DNA of 64,000 nucleotides from a virus, in IMG/VR virus record IMGVR_UViG_3300030104_004642, positions 32,001-96,000 of that record; one strand, written 5' to 3'. Every line of letters begins with the position of its first letter. Positions within the stretch are counted from its first letter, which is position 1. Below are positions 16,207 through 26,304 of this stretch, one piece after another. Under the pieces are notes generated by a model. It saw only the letters and a list, made by a program, of their open reading frames with translations, did no database searches and was not told the DNA's origin. The position numbers were made by a program, and so were the translations under genes.

Positions 16207-17915
16207 GGTTCTATCCTTGAAAAATTACCTTGCTTCTCAAATTTTACCACATTGTCAAACTTGTCTTCAAGCCCCTCCTTGTGAGAGATGACAAAGATGT
16301 TAGCATCTTTAATTACAAACCTAATGATCTTAAGGAACTCCTCTGTACCAAAACCATCAAGGGATGAGTCAAAAACCTCATCCATGATAAGGAGATTGGT
16401 ATTGACAGAGTTCTTCATTCTTGCCACCTCCCTCCAGGTGAAGAGAAGTGCAAGGTCAATTCTCATCTTCTCTCCCTCAGAGAAAGAAGCATAAGAGAAG
16501 TCCTCATGAATGGGAGACTCAATTGTCTCTGTAAACTCCTCATCAAGTTTAAAGTTGATGTAGAAGTCCATCATTTGAAGATACTTATTTGCCTGTTGAT
16601 TGATGATGGGCAGATACTTCTTGATAATCTGACTCTTTACACCACCATCTTTGAGGAGGTTGTAGGTAAAATCAAGGTAAGTAATCTTCTCTTTCTTCTC
16701 ACTTATATTCTCAAAGGTGTCTTGAAGACTGGTTCTGAACTCTTCTAATTTTTCATGTTCAGAATTTCTGTTTGCAATTTGACTGGTAATAGTTTGAATT
16801 TCTTGTTCAAGTCTGCTGATTTGTCTTTGACACCCATTGATTTGAGAATTGTTGTTAGAAATGCCATTAAGAAGTTTACTTAAATCTCCTGATAATTGTT
16901 TAAATTGTGACTCTTTTTCCTGTTCTTTTTGAATTGCATCTTGGAGTTTTTGATACCCCTCAGATAATTCCTCTTCTTTATTTTTGATGTCACTAATTCT
17001 ATTTAATCTAAATCTCTCTTCAATATCCTGAGAGCAGGTAGGGCAAACAGTATTTTTTTCAAAGAACTGATGATCTTTAAGGCAATTGCCAATCTTCATT
17101 GTCAACTTACCCTCAAAGGCAAGAAATTCTTTCAGTCTTTTTGAAGCATTATTATATTCTGTCAGTTGAAGTTGAACTTGTTTTGTCTCAATATCCAAAT
17201 CATCATTCTTCTTGACATAACCAGATATCTCCTCCATCAGGTTAGTAACAGCGTTATTCTTTCTATCCACATCCCCCTTACTCTGTTCCTCTATCTGTTT
17301 GATAAAGTCTCTCTGCATATCAACCTTATCTTTCAAACTCTCTTTCTTCAATTCAAGTGTTCTGACCTCATCCCTAACAACACGAGTTCTTGATTTCACA
17401 ATCTCATTCATTGAGGAAAAGATCTTGATATCCAATAGATCCTCAACAACCTCCCTCCTACTATTGGTAGGAAGTTGCATAAAGGGAACAAAGGAACTAC
17501 TACCCAGGATCACAATCTGGGTGAATGATTTGTAGTTCATCTTCAAGACATTTTGCTCTAACCACTTCTGCTGATCAATGGCAGATGCACTCTGATCAAG
17601 TTCCTTTCCATCCCTATAAATCTTAAAGATATTGGGTTTAATACCCCTCTCTACCCTCCACTCAACACTATTACAGGTGAATACAATATCCACCAGACAA
17701 TTCTTCTCATTGGTTGTATTGATGAGTTGTCCCTTGTTAATCTTCCTGAATGATTTTCCATACAGGGAGAATGTCAGGGCATCAAGGATTGTTGACTTAC
17801 CAGCACCATTTGATCCAATGATCAATGTTGTTGAGTCACTATCAAGACTTACAGTTGTGGGGTGATTACCAGTTGATAAAAAATTCTTCCAGGTAATTGT
17901 TTTAAAAGTTATCAT
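16203..17915 (-). CDS. g46: Recombination endonuclease ATPase subunit (gp46, Rad50/SbcC-like)
   Basis: GSNGAGKS, CPTC hook, FSEGEK signature, IMDEVFD, VISH. Confidence 0.97.
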   Translation of the reverse strand: MITFKTITWKNFLSTGNHPTTVSLDSDSTTLIIGSNGAGKSTILDALTFSLYGKSFRKINKGQLINTTNEKNCLVDIVFTCNSVEWRVERGIKPNIFKIYRDGKELDQSASAIDQQKWLEQNVLKMNYKSFTQIVILGSSSFVPFMQLPTNSRREVVEDLLDIKIFSSMNEIVKSRTRVVRDEVRTLELKKESLKDKVDMQRDFIKQIEEQSKGDVDRKNNAVTNLMEEISGYVKKNDDLDIETKQVQLQLTEYNNASKRLKEFLAFEGKLTMKIGNCLKDHQFFEKNTVCPTCSQDIEERFRLNRISDIKNKEEELSEGYQKLQDAIQKEQEKESQFKQLSGDLSKLLNGISNNNSQINGCQRQISRLEQEIQTITSQIANRNSEHEKLEEFRTSLQDTFENISEKKEKITYLDFTYNLLKDGGVKSQIIKKYLPIINQQANKYLQMMDFYINFKLDEEFTETIESPIHEDFSYASFSEGEKMRIDLALLFTWREVARMKNSVNTNLLIMDEVFDSSLDGFGTEEFLKIIRFVIKDANIFVISHKEGLEDKFDNVVKFEKQGNFSRIEP

Positions 17916-18174
17916 CAGATTTATCAGGTGGAATCACAATGTCATTTTTTGATATAATAGCATACCTGTGACCATGTGTCTCACAGGTATGAATCATTAG
18001 GTCACTCTCAATTTCAATTACATGCATGGTTGGATACTCAAGTTCTTCCAATTGCATGGAATATCTTATAGCATCATCCTGTTCCTCAAAGATGTAAAGG
18101 ACCTGTTCTCCCTCATCATCTACAACAGAATATGCTCCTTCTTTTTCTCTCCCTTCTACTGTAATAATAAACAT
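17902..18174 (-). CDS. Hypothetical protein between g47 and g46
   Basis: 90-aa ORF coupled to both neighbours. Confidence 0.8.
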   Translation of the reverse strand: MFIITVEGREKEGAYSVVDDEGEQVLYIFEEQDDAIRYSMQLEELEYPTMHVIEIESDLMIHTCETHGHRYAIISKNDIVIPPDKSDDNF

Positions 18175-19223
18175 CAGACTAGCTCACAAGCTTCCTCATA
18201 GACACTCATGATCAGAGATTTTACCTGTGATTTATCCAGGGCAAACTCTGCTTCTTCAATATATCTATTCAAGATGGAGAAGGTATCTTCTGTCTCTACA
18301 TCCTCATTTTGATCAACCCATCCATTATTGAAATCATAGTTCTCAATAATTTTAAGGTCTGCCACTTTGGCATCATAGAGTTTATCAATAAACTTCTCAA
18401 AGGAAGCAGCATCTGATTTAGATTTTACAATTACCTTGATAATCTTATTATGATAGGGGGTTGCATCAAACATCTGATGAGGGGTATCCTCATAATAGAT
18501 GTTATGAAACAGGTGATATGGGTTATCAACATACTCAAAACTCATATCATCAGTTTCCATGAAGACAAATCCCCTGGTGTCATTCACATCATTCCAGAAC
18601 ATTTCATAGGGATTTCCCAGATAGTAAATCTTACCATCATCAGATCTTGTATGATAGTGACCAGAGAATACCTTCTTGAACTTCTGATATTGATTTGTTT
18701 CAGCACCATGATCCATCACACATCCCCTATGTGCCCTGAATCCATTCAGTTCAAGGTGACCCATAGCATAATCACAGGTTGATTCTGCAATAATCCTTGA
18801 TGTCTCTTCCCTATTCTCATCATTGATCCAGGGGATGAATAGGATGGGTGTCTTATCAATGGTGACCTCAGTTGCTACTGAGGAGTATGTGAATACATTA
18901 TCATACTCATTCAATAGCAGGTCATTAGAGTTGATATCATTGGTATTCTTGTAATAGGCATCATGATTACCACACATCAGGTGCATGGTAATACCCATCT
19001 CTTTCAGGGGATTGAAGAATACCCTCTTTGCCCATTCCAGGGATTTAAAATCAATACCCTTACGAACATCAAAGGCATCACCCATGTGAATCACAGTGGT
19101 GATACCTTCCTCTTTTAGTGATGGAAAGAAGATGTCCTCAAAGAACTTTTCAAAGTAGTCATGAAACAACTTGGAACCTTTTCTTGCTCCAAAGTGTGTA
19201 TCAGTAATAACTGCTACTCGCAT
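18174..19223 (-). CDS. g47: Recombination nuclease subunit (gp47, Mre11/SbcD-like)
   Basis: TDTHFG, HMGDAFD, GNHD, GHLE, SGHYH. Confidence 0.97.
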   Translation of the reverse strand: MRVAVITDTHFGARKGSKLFHDYFEKFFEDIFFPSLKEEGITTVIHMGDAFDVRKGIDFKSLEWAKRVFFNPLKEMGITMHLMCGNHDAYYKNTNDINSNDLLLNEYDNVFTYSSVATEVTIDKTPILFIPWINDENREETSRIIAESTCDYAMGHLELNGFRAHRGCVMDHGAETNQYQKFKKVFSGHYHTRSDDGKIYYLGNPYEMFWNDVNDTRGFVFMETDDMSFEYVDNPYHLFHNIYYEDTPHQMFDATPYHNKIIKVIVKSKSDAASFEKFIDKLYDAKVADLKIIENYDFNNGWVDQNEDVETEDTFSILNRYIEEAEFALDKSQVKSLIMSVYEEACELV

Positions 19224-19729
19224 CAGCTCCTCAACTTGCTATGGACAGCATCCTTGATAGAATTGTACTCGCTATAGTTGGTGCTGTCAAGGTCATTGGA
19301 ATCAAAGACCTCATCAAAGTTGGTTTTCTCCAGAATCTTGTTCTTGATTTCCAGTTGCTTCTTCTCCTGCTGGATCCTTCTCAGGAATGCGTAGTAAATG
19401 ATTTGGGTGAAATAGGCAAATGGATTCTTGGATTTCTCTGGATTAAAGTTATGGATATATCTTACACAGTTCTCAATACCATCACAGATCATATCATCCT
19501 TAAACATGTAGTTCACAAAGTTAGGCTTATATGATAGGTGGTTAGCAATCTTCAGGAAGCACTCACCAATATATCTGGGGATCTGTGGTTTAGGATTACC
19601 CCTCTCCTTTGCCCTTGCAACATCAATAGCATACTGTTCAAGGGCTGCTAAGAAGTCCTTATTGTTTACATAGTGTTCTGACTTCTTAGGTCTTGGCATA
19701 GTCGTATAAGAGAAGGGCATAATAATCAT
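19223..19729 (-). CDS. g55: Late-transcription sigma factor gp55
   Basis: HYVNNKDF, YIGECFLKIA, FVNY...DMICDGIENC, NPFAYFTQI. Confidence 0.96.
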   Translation of the reverse strand: MIIMPFSYTTMPRPKKSEHYVNNKDFLAALEQYAIDVARAKERGNPKPQIPRYIGECFLKIANHLSYKPNFVNYMFKDDMICDGIENCVRYIHNFNPEKSKNPFAYFTQIIYYAFLRRIQQEKKQLEIKNKILEKTNFDEVFDSNDLDSTNYSEYNSIKDAVHSKLRS

Positions 19730-19744
19730 TTATCTACTGGAATT

Positions 19745-19773
19745 ATTATAACAGGAAAACAAAACGTTGACAA
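19745..19773 (-). promoter_or_regulatory. Sigma70-type promoter for g55 (TTGTCA-N17-TATAAT)
   Basis: Minus strand -35 at 19773-19768, -10 at 19750-19745. Confidence 0.65.
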
Positions 19774-19795
19774 CTATACACTTTACCAGTAGACT
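19767..19795 (+). promoter_or_regulatory. Plus-strand sigma70-type promoter (TTGACA-N17-TAGACT), antisense to the upstream genes
   Basis: TTGACA 19767-19772, TAGACT 19790-19795. Confidence 0.55.
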
Positions 19796-19822
19796 AGGTT
19801 TGTTGCCTTTGAAGGATCAGCC

Positions 19823-20209
19823 TTAGCTAGATTTATAGAGTTTCTCTAAGACCTCCTTAGCATCCTGAACAGATGAAAGATATCCCATCTTCCTATCTAT
19901 CTGAGCATGATTACCCTTATGCATCTTTCTGATGTAATCCTGATAATAAAGGATCATCTCAATATCCTCTGATTCAGACATTGTAAGAACATCATCCATA
20001 TTGACCATAAACATATCATCCTTACTTGACTTAAGCCAGGGTTCAAACTTATGTCCTACAACTGTTCCCCTAACCTTAACCTCCTCTACAACAATAGGGT
20101 TAGAGATTAAAAGCATGGTCCTATCATCATCCACATCTGCTGCTACCTTGGCAAAGATCTCATCCCCACCCTTAAACTTGATTGTACAATAGAAATCATC
20201 TTCCAGCAT
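19823..20209 (-). CDS. Hypothetical protein (Sm-like beta N-terminus) between uvsW and g55
   Basis: 128-aa ORF, IKFKGGDEIFAKV...PWL. Confidence 0.8.
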   Translation of the reverse strand: MLEDDFYCTIKFKGGDEIFAKVAADVDDDRTMLLISNPIVVEEVKVRGTVVGHKFEPWLKSSKDDMFMVNMDDVLTMSESEDIEMILYYQDYIRKMHKGNHAQIDRKMGYLSSVQDAKEVLEKLYKSS

Positions 20210-20218
20210 ACACTCCTC

Positions 20219-21682
20219 CTACTCTTTTATGTTGATTGATATGATGTCATAATTGAATTGCTCTTGAACATAAATCTTCACCCTCTCAATGAAATGATTC
20301 AGTGTATAATTCTTTCTTGATCCTAAGGTAAGATCATCAGCAATATCATATAGTTTTGCTTTCACCTTGTTTTTGCCTTTTCTAAGGACTCTACCAATGC
20401 TCTGTAAATTCCTAATACGAGACTTTGATGGAGAGGCAAAGATTACATTGTGTAGATTTTTAATATTAATTCCTGTACTGAATGTTCCATAAGAGGCAAC
20501 AATGATTGCATCATTCTGTTGCTCTGTGATTTCCCTTACCTGTTCCCTGTCTTCAGCATCTACACCGCCATGAACAAAGAAGACTTGTCTCCCTTCCCTG
20601 ACCTTGTTATTTATCATTTCGTAAAGTATGGCACCATGTGCCTCAACCCTACTGAATAGGATAAGACTGTTACCCTTCAGATCAACAGCAAGGTTGGTGA
20701 TGAACCTGTTCCTTTTTTCATTACCAATCAGGAATTGAATCTCATCCTCATAGGTATCAAACTTCTTAGGTTTGTATTTTAGAACAAGGCATTGGATATC
20801 CAGTGTTGCAAGGTGACCCTCATCAATTAGTTTCTTGGTTTGGGTTACCTTGTATGATGGTCCAAACAATCCCTCTAAGACCCATTTATGGGTCTGTGTG
20901 CCATCTAAAGTACCTGTAAACCCATATCTATACTTTGCATGGTGTAACTTGTCCATGATACAGATGAGGGACTTACTCTTAAAAAGGTGCGCCTCATCAC
21001 CAATGATGACATCATACTCCTCAAAGAATGACCTATCCAGTTGATAAACAGATTGCCAGGTGGTGATGGTCACCTCATTGGTATTGACCCTCTCCCTGCC
21101 AGCATAGATCCTGTGACAGTGATTCTCAGCATCCCAACCATAATCCTGAAAATCCTTAAACATCTGCTCCACAAGTGATGTGGTTGGAACCACAAGTAGG
21201 ATCTTCCTACCAGCATTCACATGGAACCTGACAATGGTGTAAATCATGAATGACTTACCAGATGCTGTTGGTGAGATCAACAACTTCCTGTTATATCTCA
21301 GGGCATCATGAACAGCATCAATCTGATAGTCCCTTGGTTTTATTGGTGTGATTGCTTTCATAAAGTCCTTCACACCCTCCTCTGAGATCATCTCATTGAC
21401 CTCAAATGGTGGACCATAGAACTTATTGTCCACAAACTCATAGGTGTATCCTGATGTCTCACAGAACGCAACAACCTTATCAAGAAGACCCACATAGATC
21501 CTCTTGGTCTTCATGTTGAATAGATGTACATATCCATCCCAATACTTACTCCTGTATTGGGGCATGAATTTCTTATTTGGTACTTCAAAAGTGAATCTAT
21601 CCCTTAACTCATATTCAATATGAGGTTCAGTTTTAACTTGCAGATAGACCTCGTTAATCTTCTGAATACTCAGATCTGCCAT
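20219..21682 (-). CDS. uvsW: SF2 helicase UvsW
   Basis: PRDYQ, SPTASGKS, GDEAH, GFTGT, QSIGRVLR. Confidence 0.96.
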   Translation of the reverse strand: MADLSIQKINEVYLQVKTEPHIEYELRDRFTFEVPNKKFMPQYRSKYWDGYVHLFNMKTKRIYVGLLDKVVAFCETSGYTYEFVDNKFYGPPFEVNEMISEEGVKDFMKAITPIKPRDYQIDAVHDALRYNRKLLISPTASGKSFMIYTIVRFHVNAGRKILLVVPTTSLVEQMFKDFQDYGWDAENHCHRIYAGRERVNTNEVTITTWQSVYQLDRSFFEEYDVIIGDEAHLFKSKSLICIMDKLHHAKYRYGFTGTLDGTQTHKWVLEGLFGPSYKVTQTKKLIDEGHLATLDIQCLVLKYKPKKFDTYEDEIQFLIGNEKRNRFITNLAVDLKGNSLILFSRVEAHGAILYEMINNKVREGRQVFFVHGGVDAEDREQVREITEQQNDAIIVASYGTFSTGINIKNLHNVIFASPSKSRIRNLQSIGRVLRKGKNKVKAKLYDIADDLTLGSRKNYTLNHFIERVKIYVQEQFNYDIISINIKE

Positions 21683-21708
21683 AATGAAATCTCACCTGGC
21701 ACTATTTA

Positions 21709-21912
21709 TTACATGGTATTGAAGGTGTGCTCTAATAATATTTTCTTTGTCCAATCCCTTGCCTGCCAAAGATACTCCTGTTCTTCTGTTGGTCTAGCAG
21801 GTGCTCCTGGCCAGTTTTTAATTGCTTCACTTATTGCATAATGTAGTACCCTTACATCATTTATTCCAAGTGTAACATCATAAAAAATGTCCTGGTGCTC
21901 TTCTGAGTTCAT
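21709..21912 (-). CDS. Hypothetical protein
   Basis: 67-aa ORF between uvsY and uvsW. Confidence 0.7.
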   Translation of the reverse strand: MNSEEHQDIFYDVTLGINDVRVLHYAISEAIKNWPGAPARPTEEQEYLWQARDWTKKILLEHTFNTM

Positions 21913-22343
21913 CCTATTCCTGAGGTGAAACGTAAAAATTCTATTGAGTTTTTAATTTGATATGTTCTATTAGTTATCTGTTTAAGTATTTCTTCCAAAT
22001 ACCTTAACATAGTTTCATAGTAGTCAATCTTTAGCGAAACTCCTGAGAGTTTCTCATCTGCATCCAAATATTTTTGCATAGTTTCCTTATCCCTAATTTT
22101 TTTAGGAAAGGGATTCTCAACATATACTTCTGGTTCAGCTTTACCAGAAAAATATTCATAGCGTTCGTGTCTGATGTTTTTTCTCTGTTGTTCTGCTTTC
22201 TTTCTCAGCAGATAAATGTTATTATATATCTCATAATATTTAGAGTGTAGAACTGGAATATTCAGGGACTCAGTATGAAGATTATCTGGGTCCATCTTTG
22301 CATCCCTTTCCCACATCTCTTGAATCTTATCAAGAGTGATCAT
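21909..22343 (-). CDS. uvsY: Recombination mediator UvsY
   Basis: ESLNIPVLHSKY, YEYFSGKA, YLDADE, NRTYQIKNSIEF. Confidence 0.92.
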   Translation of the reverse strand: MITLDKIQEMWERDAKMDPDNLHTESLNIPVLHSKYYEIYNNIYLLRKKAEQQRKNIRHERYEYFSGKAEPEVYVENPFPKKIRDKETMQKYLDADEKLSGVSLKIDYYETMLRYLEEILKQITNRTYQIKNSIEFLRFTSGIG

Positions 22344-22936
22344 ACAAATCCACTTCCCTTAACAATAGTATAATTCAAATACTTAAATGAAACCTGAGCA
22401 GTAAAGTATTCTGTATCCTGCATTGTAGCATCAAATTGAATGGTTGACAAGGAAAATGGGAACATATCCTGAAACTTCACCTTGAAATTTTCATTCTGCA
22501 TGGCATCAAGGATAGTCAATGTTCCATCTGAAAAGAGGTTCATTGTTCCACTATTATCCCTTACTGTACCAACCTTCTCATCCTGAAACTCGTATATTTC
22601 TTCAAGACTCTCAGGAAAACCTATACCCCTGATCCAATTCTGAATTTCAATATAGTTTTGAAGTTCTTCATCAACAAGAAAATTAAGTGTAAGATCCTCA
22701 AAATCAATAATCTCACCAGGCACAGGAATATCCCTCAATCCAGCGGTTGGTTGAATTGTGGTTCTCAAAGTCATACCAGGTATATTCACAGCATTTCCAA
22801 AGAATGATACCTTTGGTGCCCTTGCTATTGAAAATCTAAACCCTTGTGGTTGTAAAAAGTTTCTATTTTGAATAGGGGGTACACCAACAACTGCTGGTGT
22901 GCTCTGGGTTGCTTGTCTTGTCCTTACATCAGCCAT
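22340..22936 (-). CDS. g3: Tail tube terminator/completion protein (gp3)
   Basis: NRNFLQP.GF, VNIPG, FEDLTLNFLVDEELQNY.EI.NWI, FPFSLS. Confidence 0.88.
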   Translation of the reverse strand: MADVRTRQATQSTPAVVGVPPIQNRNFLQPQGFRFSIARAPKVSFFGNAVNIPGMTLRTTIQPTAGLRDIPVPGEIIDFEDLTLNFLVDEELQNYIEIQNWIRGIGFPESLEEIYEFQDEKVGTVRDNSGTMNLFSDGTLTILDAMQNENFKVKFQDMFPFSLSTIQFDATMQDTEYFTAQVSFKYLNYTIVKGSGFV

Positions 22937-22965
22937 TATGTTTTTTGATTATTTATCCTCATAAC

Positions 22966-22991
22966 AAAAAAAGGCACCCCTGAGGGTGCCT
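22966..22991 (-). terminator. Rho-independent terminator after g23
   Basis: AGGCACCC-uca-GGGUGCCU plus U-run. Confidence 0.88.
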
Positions 22992-23015
22992 GTAAATCCC
23001 AGATATGGGGAAGAA

Positions 23016-24467
23016 TCACATGAGGTTTTTGACCAGGACTCTTCTGTAGTATCTGTTGCTGTTGACTCTGAGTCTTCCCAGACCCTGAGTTGTGCCTTCT
23101 GCAAAGGGGTTGGCAACCAGACCATATCTGGTCTTGAAGCCAATCTTGGGTTGGAAGGTGTTCTCTCCAACTGCACGTACCATCTGCAGGGGTACATAGG
23201 GGCAGTAGAACAGACCTGCATCATAAGGGGAAGAACCCTTATAACCAACAACATAATACTGGTTACCAGAGTTGCTAGCAGAGTTGTTAGCAGCCAGGTT
23301 AGCAGAATAGGGGTCAATGTAAACTCTGAACTTACCATTGATGGTGCCAGCAAAGGTGTTGCCAGTGTCATCAACATTCAGGTTTGCATTCAGGGCAGGG
23401 GTATAATCCAGGATACCAGCCATGGTCAGTGCAGATGCTACATCAGCAGAGCACATGACAATGTTGCCCTTTCCTCTTCTTGTTCTTTGAGCGATTGCAT
23501 TAGCATCTCTCTCAATTTGGAACAGAAGACCCTTGAACTTCTCAACAGACCATCTGCCATTAGAGTCAACATCCAGGTCAAACTGACCAGCAGTTGCTAC
23601 ATTAGAGGCAGCGCCTTGCTCAGCAGACTTGTAGATAGTTCTGATAACTTCTCTGTTGATCTCAGCAAGGATCTCAGTGGAGAGAATGTTAGCAAGTTCT
23701 GCTTCAGCATTCAGGCCATGAATTGCTTTCAGGTCCTGAGCAAGTTCAAGACTGTACTCAGCCTTCAGTGCTCTAGACTTAGCAGTAACAGTGACTTTCT
23801 CAATAGAGAATGCCATCTCATTGAACTGATTGCCTGTGCCATTGCCCAGGTTCTCAGCATCACCAGTTGCCATGCCCTGACCAACTGTGTAACCAGTTGA
23901 AGAGGCAGAACCAACAGGGTTAAGTACAGAAGGATTATCACCATTCTGTGCAGTAGTACCAAGACCAGCAGCGACATCAGCCATGCCACCAGTCAGGTTG
24001 AAGCCATCATCCTGACCAGAGAAGGCAGAATCAACTTCATTGTAGAATGCTTCAGTACCAGATTGATCAGTGTATCTGGAACGCATTGCAAAGATCAGTC
24101 CAGTAGGACCAGACATTGGCTGAACACCAGCCAGATCATATGCAACCAGGTTAGGCATTGCACGTCTGATCAGGGAGATCAGAACAGGGTCAAAACCAGC
24201 AACAGGACCAGCAGCGGTTGCATTAGCACCAAAGCCAGCAGTTGTAGCGGGGTTGCCAGTAGGTTGACCAGCAGCGTTACCACCCATGGTGGGCGTTTCC
24301 ATCAGGTTGATACCCTGACTAAACGCAGCTTCTTCTCTCAGAAACTTTTCTTGGTTTTCCAGCAGGACAGCAGTAACAGCTCTTCTATGGTTATCCTTGA
24401 TACCATCAAGACCTTCATAGTCTAGGAGAGGTGCCCACTTTTCCTGCAGATGTTCAGATTGAAACAT
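23016..24467 (-). CDS. g23: Major capsid protein (gp23)
   Basis: EKWAPLL, GVQPMSGPTGLIFAMR, LKAEYSLELAQDLKAIHG, FQPKIGFKTRYG. Confidence 0.99.
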   Translation of the reverse strand: MFQSEHLQEKWAPLLDYEGLDGIKDNHRRAVTAVLLENQEKFLREEAAFSQGINLMETPTMGGNAAGQPTGNPATTAGFGANATAAGPVAGFDPVLISLIRRAMPNLVAYDLAGVQPMSGPTGLIFAMRSRYTDQSGTEAFYNEVDSAFSGQDDGFNLTGGMADVAAGLGTTAQNGDNPSVLNPVGSASSTGYTVGQGMATGDAENLGNGTGNQFNEMAFSIEKVTVTAKSRALKAEYSLELAQDLKAIHGLNAEAELANILSTEILAEINREVIRTIYKSAEQGAASNVATAGQFDLDVDSNGRWSVEKFKGLLFQIERDANAIAQRTRRGKGNIVMCSADVASALTMAGILDYTPALNANLNVDDTGNTFAGTINGKFRVYIDPYSANLAANNSASNSGNQYYVVGYKGSSPYDAGLFYCPYVPLQMVRAVGENTFQPKIGFKTRYGLVANPFAEGTTQGLGRLRVNSNRYYRRVLVKNLM

Positions 24468-24512
24468 TTGCTTTTCCTTAAAATGGATTGTTTACAGTTT
24501 GAATTAATTAAT

Positions 24513-25586
24513 TCAGTTTTGCTTGAAAGCACCCAGAGATCTCAGATAGGTCTCCATGGTGGAAGATGTGGCAGCAGTAGTGCTGTCTACACCCTCAGAA
24601 AGAGTCTGAGTTGAGGTTGCTTTAGCAGCAGGAGTTGATCTAGAGAAGTATGACTCCTTTAGAGTCTCCAACTTTTCACGATATTCGTCTTCACTTTCAA
24701 ACTCTACACTCTCAGCAAGTGAAGCGAGCTTTTCCTTCTGGGTCTCAGCAAGACCTGAGGAAACTTGAGTCAGAACGTCTTGAGCAGAGGACTCAGCGAG
24801 TCTCTTATTCAGACCAATGTTCTTATCAATTTGCTCATTGAGCTTGGTCTCCATGTCATCAAGTTTTTCTACCATGCTTTCCAGCACATCATATTTATCT
24901 TCAGGGATGGTTACATAATGTTCTTCAAAAAGTTCCTTCATGCCTGAGAGGAAACTCTCAGTCATTTCAGATTTAATACCATGTTCTACTGCCAGTTCAT
25001 TCTCAGTCATCCACTCTTCGCAGACATACTCGAGATAGGCATCTACTCTTTCTTGAAGTGAGGTCTTGAGTTCTTCTCTTGCCTCATCAAGTTGAGCAGC
25101 ATATTGTGTTTCCAGGGTTTCCTGGATTTCTTTTACTTTGGAATTTAGAGCAGCTTCAAAGACAACCTTTGCTTTTTCTCTAAACTCCTCAGAGAGTTCT
25201 TCACCACCAAGGAGAGCATTGACATCTTCATCCATGTCATATGCTTCTGTTGTCTCTTCAGATTCAGCAACTACTTCCTCAGTAGTTACTTCCTCTTCTG
25301 CTACAACTTCCTCAGTTGCTTCTGCTTCTTCTTTGGCCATTTTCTGCATACCATCAGCTTTTTTGGCACCCTTGTTGACTACATCAGCCACTGTCTTAAT
25401 CTTGGGTTCTCTGAGTTTAGCAGAATCATCATCTGCCTTATAATTCTCAGGGGTAGGACCACCAAGATCCTCATAGGAACCTGCACCTGATGAATCCATA
25501 GGGTCTCCAGCCTTAGCACCAGAATTAACCGCAGTTTTGGATTGTGCTGTCTTTACTTCCATTTCTTGTAGATCTCCACGAGACAT
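24513..25586 (-). CDS. g22: Prohead scaffold/core protein (gp22)
   Basis: Acidic coiled coil, LSEEFREKAKVVFEAA, YLEYVCEEW; between g21 and g23. Confidence 0.93.
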   Translation of the reverse strand: MSRGDLQEMEVKTAQSKTAVNSGAKAGDPMDSSGAGSYEDLGGPTPENYKADDDSAKLREPKIKTVADVVNKGAKKADGMQKMAKEEAEATEEVVAEEEVTTEEVVAESEETTEAYDMDEDVNALLGGEELSEEFREKAKVVFEAALNSKVKEIQETLETQYAAQLDEAREELKTSLQERVDAYLEYVCEEWMTENELAVEHGIKSEMTESFLSGMKELFEEHYVTIPEDKYDVLESMVEKLDDMETKLNEQIDKNIGLNKRLAESSAQDVLTQVSSGLAETQKEKLASLAESVEFESEDEYREKLETLKESYFSRSTPAAKATSTQTLSEGVDSTTAATSSTMETYLRSLGAFKQN

Positions 25587-25620
25587 TTGAACTCTCCGAT
25601 TGCCTTTTTTAAACTATATT

Positions 25621-25628
25621 TATTTATA
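25621..25628 (-). promoter_or_regulatory. Late promoter TATAAATA (g22-g23)
   Basis: Exact consensus upstream of g22. Confidence 0.85.
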
Positions 25629-25645
25629 AATTAAAACCTTTGATA

Positions 25646-26296
25646 TCAAAGGTTATTCAGGAAATAATTAAATACTTCCAGTTTTTTCTCATCCAGTTGC
25701 TTTTGATCAACCAGAGTATTAATCTCTTTGTAGGTTTTGGCAGCAAGTTGTTCCCTAAGGACACCACCATCCCATACCCATTCCTTTCCTTCCATAATAC
25801 CTTCAACAAAGGCATCAGGAGCAGAGGGATCAGCAACAATGTCAGCAGCAGTTGCCAACATGAAGTCATCACCTACAATGTTTACTCCCTCTCTGGTTGG
25901 TTTCAGTGAACCAATACCTCTGGATGAAACACCAAGTTTGACACCTTCTCCAATAAGTGAAGAGGCAATCTTACCCATAGGGGTGCTCAGGAGTTTTGCC
26001 TTACCAATAAAGTTTGAACCACTCTCTTTGAGTGACACAATTTTATGGGATACCCTATCCAGGTTTACAGTTGGTCCTTCTGGATGACCCAGTTCTCCCA
26101 ATGCTCTACCTGCTTGTACGTGGTTTTCATTGTATCTTTGAACTTCCTTTCTCAGGACGCTCATAGGATACATTCTACCATTTCTGTTTTGAAGGTCTCC
26201 CTGTAGGAAGATTCCCTCAATAAACATTGACTTCTTTCCACCAACGCTTTCTACAATGAAGTCAACAGTTTCTATTTCTTCTCTGATTAGTTTCAT
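25646..26296 (-). CDS. g21: Prohead protease (gp21)
   Basis: NRNGRMY, ALGELGHP, GVSSRGIGS, DIVADPSAPDA. Confidence 0.97.
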   Translation of the reverse strand: MKLIREEIETVDFIVESVGGKKSMFIEGIFLQGDLQNRNGRMYPMSVLRKEVQRYNENHVQAGRALGELGHPEGPTVNLDRVSHKIVSLKESGSNFIGKAKLLSTPMGKIASSLIGEGVKLGVSSRGIGSLKPTREGVNIVGDDFMLATAADIVADPSAPDAFVEGIMEGKEWVWDGGVLREQLAAKTYKEINTLVDQKQLDEKKLEVFNYFLNNL

Positions 26297-26304
26297 TTGT
26301 GACC

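Noticed and set aside
22986-23900. 304-aa plus-strand ORF and 142-aa alternative-frame ORF (22949-23377) over g23
   Set aside because: Shadow ORFs arising from the biased codon usage of the capsid gene; no RBS, promoter or recognisable motifs
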